Part shown: positions 57,964 to 64,000 of the stretch, piece after piece
Position numbering within the stretch: position 1 is the stretch's first letter
Layout of the letters: every line of letters starts with the position of its first letter
Position numbers and translations under genes: made by a program
Notes under the pieces: generated by a model
Told to the model about the DNA's origin: nothing
Databases searched by the model: none
The model's input: the letters and a program-made list of their open reading frames with translations, nothing else
Source: Acholeplasma sp. CAG:878
GTDB taxonomy: Bacteria > Bacillota_I > Bacilli_A > RF39 > UBA660
DNA length: 64,000 nucleotides
Reading direction: 5' to 3'
NCBI GenBank assembly: GCA_000432255.1
Contig: HF989914.1
Location: 11,270 to 75,269 of the forward strand

Positions 57964-59229
57964 TTATTCTGTATATTCAAATTCATAATCTAAAATGCGA
58001 ATTGTATCTCCTTCTTCCGCTCCTAGTTCTTTTAATTTATCATCAACGCCTAAATGTCTTAATTTGCTAGCAAAACGAGCAGCTGCTTCATCTGTATTAA
58101 ATTTAGTCATACGGAGTAATTTTTCAACTACTTCTCCTTTTATTACATAGGCATCTTCTTCTTTAGTAATTGTAAAAGGTTCTTTTAAAGAAAATTTATA
58201 TAATACATGACTTTCAAATTTCTCTTCTTCATAAAGTGGTTGTTTTGCTATTTTATCTAACATTTCTGATAGTTTTTCTATAACTTCTTTTAATCCTTCA
58301 CCTGTAATAGCTTTAACTGGATATACATTATCTACTTTTTTCTTGAACTCTTCTAAGTTCTTTTCGGCATCTGGCATATCCATTTTATTAGCAATCACGA
58401 TTTGTGGTTTTTCTAATATTTTAGGATTAAATTCTTTTAATTCTTTATTAATTTTAATATAATCTTCATATGGACACCTTCCTTCAGTTCCTCCCATATC
58501 GATAACATGAGCAATAACCCTAGTTCTTTCAATATGTTTTAAAAATTGGTCTCCTAATCCTTCGCCTAGGCTAGCGCCTTCAATCAACCCTGGTAAGTCG
58601 GCAACTACAAAAGAACTATTGTTAGATTTTACTACTCCTAAATTGGGTTTTAAAGTTGTAAAATGATAAGCAGCTATTTTAGGTTTAGCGGCTGATATTT
58701 TAGAAATAATTGTTGATTTTCCAACGCTTGGCATTCCAACTAAACCGACATCAGCAAGTAATTTTAATTCTACTTTTACATTCTTTATTTCTCCTGGTTC
58801 GCCACCTTCGGCGTATCTTGGTGCGGGGTTCGCTTGCGTAGCAAACGCCATATTTCCTCTTCCACCTCTACCTCCATGAGCAACGATAACTTCATCATCT
58901 TTTTTAGTTAAATCAGCTATTATTAAATTTGTATCTAAATCTGTTATTATAGTCCCAAGAGGAACATTAATAATCACATCTTCGGCTTTAGCACCATGCA
59001 TGCCCTTACCTAGACCATTGTTTCCTTTTTTTCCTTTGATTTGTTTTTGATACCTTAAATCAACTAATGTATTTAATCCTTCATCTACTTTAAATATAAT
59101 GTCAGAACCCTTACCACCATTTCCGCCATAAGGTCCTCCCATTTCAATATATTTTTCTCTTCTAAATGCCATACAACCATCTCCACCAGTTCCGGCAATT
59201 AGTATGAGTTTAACTTCATCTATAAACAT
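57964..59229 (-). CDS. obg: GTPase Obg/CgtA
   Basis: MFIDEVKLILIAGTGGDGCMAFRREKY (Obg fold), G domain GMPSVGKST/DLPGLIEGAS/NKMD, C-terminal OCT domain. Confidence 0.95.
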   Translation of the reverse strand: MFIDEVKLILIAGTGGDGCMAFRREKYIEMGGPYGGNGGKGSDIIFKVDEGLNTLVDLRYQKQIKGKKGNNGLGKGMHGAKAEDVIINVPLGTIITDLDTNLIIADLTKKDDEVIVAHGGRGGRGNMAFATQANPAPRYAEGGEPGEIKNVKVELKLLADVGLVGMPSVGKSTIISKISAAKPKIAAYHFTTLKPNLGVVKSNNSSFVVADLPGLIEGASLGEGLGDQFLKHIERTRVIAHVIDMGGTEGRCPYEDYIKINKELKEFNPKILEKPQIVIANKMDMPDAEKNLEEFKKKVDNVYPVKAITGEGLKEVIEKLSEMLDKIAKQPLYEEEKFESHVLYKFSLKEPFTITKEEDAYVIKGEVVEKLLRMTKFNTDEAAARFASKLRHLGVDDKLKELGAEEGDTIRILDYEFEYTE

Positions 59230-59312
59230 AATATCACCTATCTAAAATTTATTATGAACACATTATAATTTTTTTTGTCTAAAAAGTCAAGTTTTCACTT
59301 AAAAAGTCTTGA

Positions 59313-59669
59313 TTATTCAAGGCTTTCAGTTTTTTTATATATAACTAATGATAATATTCCTATTAATATATATATAATACCTATTGTAGTAATAGTTCTA
59401 AGTATTCTTGGCATCAAGGTTTTAATCATATTAGCATATTCTTCAAAGATAAAGTCTACTAAAGTTGGTGTGAGAAATCTTAAAACTATAAACAATATAC
59501 CACTTATAATAACAGCAATTCCTAATGATTTTAGTGGCTTTTTAAAACTTTTATTTATTAGTGACAATAACAAATATATAATCACTACAAATCCCAATAA
59601 TATTAACCATAAATATGGACTTTTTATTATATTAAGTATAATTACTACTGAATCATTCATTAACATCAC
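59313..59669 (-). CDS. Hypothetical small membrane protein
   Basis: 118-aa ORF with 3 TM helices; chosen over the overlapping plus-strand ORF 59275..59673 because it is co-directional and 17-nt-overlap-coupled with the upstream gene. Confidence 0.4.
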   Translation of the reverse strand: MMLMNDSVVIILNIIKSPYLWLILLGFVVIIYLLLSLINKSFKKPLKSLGIAVIISGILFIVLRFLTPTLVDFIFEEYANMIKTLMPRILRTITTIGIIYILIGILSLVIYKKTESLE

Positions 59670-60156
59670 CTAATTCTTCTCTTAAGGTTTTATTGATTTC
59701 GTTCAATAATTCTTCTTTATCAATTTCAATTTGCTCTTCCTTAAGTATTTTACTTACTTGTTCGTTATTTAATAATTTGTCTAGAGAATCATAATCTAAT
59801 TGTGGTATAGGAGCATCTGTAAGTTCATAATCAACCACTTCACTTATTATTTTTCCTAATACCTCTTTTACCTCTCTACTTTCAATTACCTCAATTGCTA
59901 TTTTACTATCTATAGAAGCACTTTCAAGTTCAGTTATGATTGCTTCTTCTATTGTCATATCCTTGTATTTTTCATCTAGTTCTTTAATTCCTAACTCACT
60001 TATTTTCATTTCTTTAATGTCAATATCATCTAGAATTTGTGTATAATAATTTTGATTAAAGAATCTACTTACTAGAAATGAAATACCAAATATTGTTATA
60101 CCTATAAAAAATATTAATTCAAATACAAAAGAAAATATTTTTGTTAAAATTTTCAT
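59653..60156 (-). CDS. Hypothetical protein, N-terminal TM helix + acidic coiled-coil domain (occupies the spo0B position)
   Basis: ORF only, 167 aa; lies between rpmA and obg, where Bacillus has spo0B, but shows no Spo0B similarity. Confidence 0.5.
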   Translation of the reverse strand: MKILTKIFSFVFELIFFIGITIFGISFLVSRFFNQNYYTQILDDIDIKEMKISELGIKELDEKYKDMTIEEAIITELESASIDSKIAIEVIESREVKEVLGKIISEVVDYELTDAPIPQLDYDSLDKLLNNEQVSKILKEEQIEIDKEELLNEINKTLREELGDVNE

Positions 60157-60215
60157 ATATGCCTCCTTAATTGTATAACTTATTTACAAATCAAATTTTT
60201 TAAAAGAAAAAGTGC

Positions 60216-60506
60216 TTACAAAGTTGGGTAAACACTTACTTGTTTTTTGTCTTTTCCTTTTCGTTCAAATTTTACATAACCATCAATTTTAGCATATACA
60301 GTATCATCTGAACCAATTCCTACATTAGTTCCTGGATAAATTTTTGTACCTCTTTGACGATAGATAATTGAACCACCTGTTACATATTCGCCATCACTAG
60401 CTTTAGCACCTAGTCTTTTTGAAATAGAGTCACGACCATTTTTAGTAGAACCTTGACCTTTTTTATGAGCGAATAATTGTATATTTAATTGCATCAATTC
60501 AAACAC
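60216..60506 (-). CDS. rpmA: 50S ribosomal protein L27 with N-terminal propeptide (Prp-cleaved)
   Basis: ...QLNIQLFA|[14 protein letters not shown]... parallels B. subtilis MLRLDLQFFA|SKKG. The AAGGAGGTG SD is 8 nt before GTG 60506; the ATG at 60494 is an alternative start. The ORF-track start at 60515 is the GTG within the SD. Confidence 0.9.
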   Translation of the reverse strand: MFELMQLNIQLFAHKKGQGSTKNGRDSISKRLGAKASDGEYVTGGSIIYRQRGTKIYPGTNVGIGSDDTVYAKIDGYVKFERKGKDKKQVSVYPTL

Positions 60507-60508
60507 AA

Positions 60509-60793
60509 TCAACACCTCCTTATATTTTCTGGATATTGTTTTTCTAATTCTTCTAATAATTCTAACATATTAGTTATTAAAAGATTAACTATTTCATCTT
60601 TTTTTAATATTTCGATAACAAGTTCATCACCATTAGTATACTTAATAGCTTTATTATTATATCTTAATATAGCATTAACAGAAGTTATTACTATACTCGA
60701 TACACTAGCGCATACTATGTCTTTTCCATATTCATCAAAACCAGCATGACCACTTATAATTATTTTGTTATCATTTTCTTTGAATTTTATCAT
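60509..60793 (-). CDS. prp: Ribosomal-processing cysteine protease Prp (YsxB)
   Basis: ISGHAGF...DIVCASVS His/Cys dyad context; conserved rplU-prp-rpmA arrangement. Confidence 0.85.
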   Translation of the reverse strand: MIKFKENDNKIIISGHAGFDEYGKDIVCASVSSIVITSVNAILRYNNKAIKYTNGDELVIEILKKDEIVNLLITNMLELLEELEKQYPENIRRC

Positions 60794-60794
60794 A

Positions 60795-61097
60795 TTAATT
60801 CTCTTTTATACTTTTAATTTCAACTTTAGTATAAGGTTGACGATGACCTTGAGTTTTACGGAATTTTTTCTTAGCATTGTATTTAAATACTTTAATTTTT
60901 TTGTTTTTTCCGTGTTTTAAAACTTCACCTGTTACAACAACATTATTTAAAAATGGTCTCCCAGATACTCCATTAGCCATTAAAACTTTGTCAAATTTTA
61001 CTTCTTTTCCAGTTTCAGCGTCTAATTTTTCAACATAGATAATTGAACCTTCTTCAACATAATATTGTTTTCCTCCAGTTTCGATTACAGCTTTCAT
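60795..61097 (-). CDS. rplU: 50S ribosomal protein L21
   Basis: [25 protein letters not shown]... is the canonical L21. Confidence 0.95.
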   Translation of the reverse strand: MKAVIETGGKQYYVEEGSIIYVEKLDAETGKEVKFDKVLMANGVSGRPFLNNVVVTGEVLKHGKNKKIKVFKYNAKKKFRKTQGHRQPYTKVEIKSIKEN

Positions 61098-61104
61098 ATA
61101 ATAC

Positions 61105-61200
61105 CTCCTTTAATCTCAGACTCGCCATTAAGGTACATTAAATGTTTATAACCTTTTTTGTGCGGTTGTAGAGAGGTCTCTACACAGTAATTAATTTTAA
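61105..61200 (-). promoter_or_regulatory. Candidate L21-operon leader RNA structure (ribosomal-protein leader)
   Basis: A GC-rich structured segment upstream of rplU on the minus strand: TGTGTAGAGACCTCTCTACAACCGCACA (nested stems), then GGCGAGTCTGAGATTAAAGGAGG leading to the ATG. This is the position where Firmicutes carry the L21 leader. Confidence 0.3.
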
Positions 61201-61211
61201 CACATTTTCCT

Positions 61212-61925
61212 TTATTTGTCAAATATTTTCTTAAGTATTTCTTTTTCTGTTAGCCATGTATTTTTAATTCTAAATAAATGTTTTTTATTCAAACTCATTT
61301 GTTTTAATTTTGTTATTTTTTTTGTTTTTTTATAATTAAAATTTGAAAGATATCGTTCTAGTAAAAATTTATTAAAAATTTCTTTTACCTTTTTATGTTC
61401 TAATACTACTCTATATAATATTAATAACATTATTAGATATAATAATATATTGTTATACTTTAATATAACTAGTAAAATCATTATATAAGATAAATATATT
61501 ATTAGTTTTAAACTAGAATAAAAAGATAAGAAATTATTAAATATTACATTTACTATTTTCGAACCATCCAATGGATAAATCGGTATTAAATTAAACAATA
61601 ATAGTGAATAATGAATATTCAATAAGGTATTATCTTTTATAAATAAACCTATTATTAATTGAAAAATTGGCCCTAATAGACTGACAAATAATTCTTCCTT
61701 TAATGGATGATTTATTTTGTTGTTAAATATAGTTAGCCCTCCAAATGGCATTATAATTACTTCTTCTATTTTCCATTTGCAAATTATTCCTGCAAATATA
61801 TGACCAATTTCATGAAATAAAATTAAAAAAGTGAAAAATAAGAAAAACTTTATATATCCAGTTATTAAACATATAATTGCAACAACATAAAAAAATGGAT
61901 GAATTTTAAATATATGGTTTATAAT
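61212..61925 (-). CDS. spoIVFB: Pro-sigma-K processing metalloprotease SpoIVFB (M50B), probably initiating at a non-AUG (AUU/AUA) codon
   Basis: The frame reads ...IINHIFKIHPFFYVVAIICLITGYIKFF...FHEIGHIFAG...IMPFGGL...NLIPIYPLDGSK...KFLLERYL. This aligns with B. subtilis SpoIVFB (KIHVHPFLWIIAALGLLTGHMK, HELGH, LLPFGGT, NLLPIWPLDGGK, RFLLERYY). Upstream in frame there is ATG GAG AGG TAG TAG ATT ATA AAC..., with GGAGAGG acting as the SD. The first in-frame ATG is at 61751, which is after the HExxH motif. Confidence 0.75.
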   Translation of the reverse strand: MINHIFKIHPFFYVVAIICLITGYIKFFLFFTFLILFHEIGHIFAGIICKWKIEEVIIMPFGGLTIFNNKINHPLKEELFVSLLGPIFQLIIGLFIKDNTLLNIHYSLLLFNLIPIYPLDGSKIVNVIFNNFLSFYSSLKLIIYLSYIMILLVILKYNNILLYLIMLLILYRVVLEHKKVKEIFNKFLLERYLSNFNYKKTKKITKLKQMSLNKKHLFRIKNTWLTEKEILKKIFDK

Positions 61926-62430
61926 CTACTACCTCTCCATTTGAAATGAATTTTAAATATAGGTTATTGTTTACTTCTCCTATTAAAACGCCACTATCAA
62001 TATAGTCATATAACTTAACATTTATATTATCTAAATTTGAATACCATACATCAATACCATTTTGTTGTTGTACTATTACAGTATTTCCATAATCTTCCTT
62101 CTCACCTATAAAAATAACTATTCCTTTTTCTAAACTAGGTACTAAATAGTTACTTCCAACTTCTAATTTAACTCCATCCATATATTTAGAAGCATCAGAA
62201 TATTTTAACTTTTCTTTAAAAACGGCTTGGTTTTCTTTTATAAGGTCTTTAAATGGCAAGGGACTTCCAAATTTACTTTCATACCAATTATTAATTGTCG
62301 CAAATGAAAAATTAGTATCATATACATATTGGTAAAATTTTGTTTTAAATCCAACATTTTGTTTTATTAGTATTAAAACCACTAGCATAATAATTATGGA
62401 TAATAAAAATTTTATAACTACTTTTTTCAT
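61906..62430 (-). CDS. spoIVFA: SpoIVFA-like membrane protein (degenerate LytM/M23 domain)
   Basis: NNWYESKFGSPLPF aligns with B. subtilis SHWFETKFGNPLAF. The C-terminal ...TVIVQQQNGIDVWYSNLDNINVKLYDYIDSGVLIGEV aligns with ...LTVKVQHADNTYSIYGELKDVDVALYDFVDKGKKLGSI. N-terminal TM anchor; overlaps spoIVFB. Confidence 0.7.
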   Translation of the reverse strand: MKKVVIKFLLSIIIMLVVLILIKQNVGFKTKFYQYVYDTNFSFATINNWYESKFGSPLPFKDLIKENQAVFKEKLKYSDASKYMDGVKLEVGSNYLVPSLEKGIVIFIGEKEDYGNTVIVQQQNGIDVWYSNLDNINVKLYDYIDSGVLIGEVNNNLYLKFISNGEVVDYKPYI

Positions 62431-62617
62431 TTAATCACCATTAAATTATATTATCATTTTATATTAAAAATTACTATTAACATTTCTTCATTGTAAGAAA
62501 TCGTATTTTTGATTTATAGTATATTTCAACTAAAAACTTCATTTAATAATGAAGCTTAGAGTATTTTTATTTAAAAATTTTATAAGTATTTAAAAATAAA
62601 ATATATATAAATCAATT

Positions 62618-62650
62618 AATAAAAGAGCCTACATTTTCATGTAAGCATAT
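62618..62650 (-). terminator. Intrinsic terminator downstream of tig
   Basis: Minus strand: GCUUACAU-gaaa-AUGUAGGC (8-bp stem with one G.U) followed by a U-rich tract. Confidence 0.4.
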
Positions 62651-62657
62651 ACTAGTT

Positions 62658-63896
62658 TTATTTTTTCAATATTTCAATAGCTCTTTTCATGCTTAAATCA
62701 TATTTAACCATCTCTAAGCCACCAAATAATTTTAAGAATTCATCTTTGTTCATATCATATTTAATAGCTAAATCTTCAGCTTCTTTTGAAGCTTCTTCAT
62801 CACTAATTTGAATGTTTTCTTTTTCAGCTATTGCTTCTAACATTAAACGATATTTAACATTCTTTTCTGCTTCGCCGTGTAATTGGTCTTTTAACGCTTT
62901 CTCATCTGAATTAGTAAATTGATAAAACATTTCTAAAGTTATTCCTTGCATTTTTAATCTTTCTTCATATTGTTTTAACATACGGTCTAACTCATCATGA
63001 ATCATAATATGTGGTATTGAAACTTTAGTTTCACCTGCAGCAGCTTCTAATAATTCATCGATATATTTATTTTCAACTTCTTGAGTTTTGCGAGCTTCAA
63101 TGTTCTCTTTAAGTTGTTTTTTTAATGATTCAGCATCTTCTATTCCTTCCATACCTAAATCTTCAAAAAAATCTTTATCTAATTCTGGTAATTTTACTTC
63201 TTGAACTTCTTTTACTTTTACTTTAAAAACAACTGGTTTCCCTTTTAAATTTTCAGAATGATAATCTTCTGGGAAAGTTACATTAATGTCTTTTTCTTCA
63301 CCTTTAGACATTCCAATTATTTGTTCTTCAAAACCTGGAATAAATGTATTACTTCCAATTTTTAATGAATAATCCTCACCTTTTCCACCTTCAAAAGGAA
63401 CTCCATTATCAAATCCTTCAAAGTCGATTACAGCAATATCTCCATCTTCAACTTTACCATCTTTGTTAACATTTTCAGTATATCTTTTACGCATATTTAT
63501 AAGAGCTTCATCAACTTCTTCGTCAGTTACTGTAACTTCTTCTTTTTTAATATTAAAACCATTGTATTTACCTAATTCAACTTCTGGTTTTGTTACTAAA
63601 ACAAATTTATATTCTATTGCATCTTCTGTTACACTATTGATTTCTACTCTTGGTTGAGCAACAATTTGTAAATCTTTATTATCTTCCATTACTTTTTTAT
63701 AAGCATCTTCTAATAAAATCTCTGCTGCTTCTTCAAATAATACACCAATTCCATATTTTTTTAAAAACACATCTTTAGGTGCTTTTCCTGGTCTAAATCC
63801 ATCTATTTTAGCAGTTTTATTTGCTTTTTTAAATGCTTGATTTAAAGCATCTTGCCATTCTTCTCCTTCAAACTTAACTAATATTTCTTTTTCCAT
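62658..63896 (-). CDS. tig: Trigger factor
   Basis: MEKEILVKFEGEEWQDALNQAFKK...GFRPGKAPK (ribosome-binding signature), FKBP-type PPIase middle domain, C-terminal arm. Confidence 0.95.
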   Translation of the reverse strand: MEKEILVKFEGEEWQDALNQAFKKANKTAKIDGFRPGKAPKDVFLKKYGIGVLFEEAAEILLEDAYKKVMEDNKDLQIVAQPRVEINSVTEDAIEYKFVLVTKPEVELGKYNGFNIKKEEVTVTDEEVDEALINMRKRYTENVNKDGKVEDGDIAVIDFEGFDNGVPFEGGKGEDYSLKIGSNTFIPGFEEQIIGMSKGEEKDINVTFPEDYHSENLKGKPVVFKVKVKEVQEVKLPELDKDFFEDLGMEGIEDAESLKKQLKENIEARKTQEVENKYIDELLEAAAGETKVSIPHIMIHDELDRMLKQYEERLKMQGITLEMFYQFTNSDEKALKDQLHGEAEKNVKYRLMLEAIAEKENIQISDEEASKEAEDLAIKYDMNKDEFLKLFGGLEMVKYDLSMKRAIEILKK

Positions 63897-64000
63897 AAAA
63901 TCCTTCCTTCCACTTTTAATAGTATATAATATAATTCAAAATAAATCAAGTAAATCCAAAAAATTAAAGATTTCTCTTTAATTTATTTCAATAATTTTAA

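Noticed and set aside
59275-59673. Plus-strand ORF 59275..59673 (132 aa)
   Set aside because: It overlaps the co-directional minus-strand ORF 59313..59669, which fits operon context better. It has low-complexity I/L/K/N composition typical of antisense frames in AT-rich DNA.
1-64000. CRISPR arrays, rRNA genes, transposases/integrases
   Set aside because: No short direct-repeat/spacer arrays were found. There are no rRNA-like GC-rich conserved blocks. No transposase or integrase-like ORFs were seen (DDE or tyrosine-recombinase motifs), even near tRNA-Leu.

Overview
This 64 kb window is very AT-rich and comes from a low-GC Gram-positive bacterium. The gene content and synteny point to a Firmicutes spore-former, probably Erysipelotrichia or Clostridia-like. 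Almost all genes lie on the minus strand.

Most of the window is conserved housekeeping backbone:
- translation: rpsG, rpsL, rpsP, rpmF, rplU, prp, rpmA, metG, leuS, fmt, miaA, queA, tmcAL, tig, obg
- replication and repair: ruvAB, dnaB, dnaI, mutM, parE, parC
- cell wall: murC, murI
- metabolism and secretion: folD, glyA, ppdK, ftsY
- sporulation: a spoIIGA-sigE pair downstream of a two-component system, and spoIVFA-spoIVFB-rplU-prp-rpmA-(two ORFs)-obg in the same order as Bacillus subtilis

One tRNA-Leu(GAG) is present. There are no rRNA genes and no CRISPR arrays.

The most interesting non-backbone content is:
1. A compact five-gene island inserted between folD and ppdK (about 20.7-26.4 kb). 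It encodes a MerR regulator, a soluble VirD4/TraG-family (coupling-protein-like) ATPase core, an ADP-ribosylglycohydrolase with an extra C-terminal domain, a radical-SAM/SPASM enzyme, and a protein with three N-terminal 'VYGVPN' repeats. The neighbourhood has no integrase, relaxase or known defence-system signature and looks like an undescribed system.
2. Two paralogous prepilin-type proteins with a large shared C-terminal domain, one at each end of the window (1.4-2.6 kb and 49.1-50.9 kb). Each is preceded by a conserved element of about 140 bp (strong SD, short uORF, 17-bp inverted repeat, terminator-like hairpin). One of the two carries an internal tandem module duplication with a frame break. 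A third, orphan ComGC-like pseudopilin gene sits next to murC.
3. A candidate Spo0A-box promoter that would make spoIIGA mRNA leaderless.
4. A spoIVFB whose reading frame is closed by TAG TAG just upstream of a probable AUU/AUA start codon.
5. A catalytically degenerate RNB (RNase II-like) protein.
6. A GC-rich candidate small RNA of about 95 nt.
7. An orphan DUF3644-like gene next to the tRNA.
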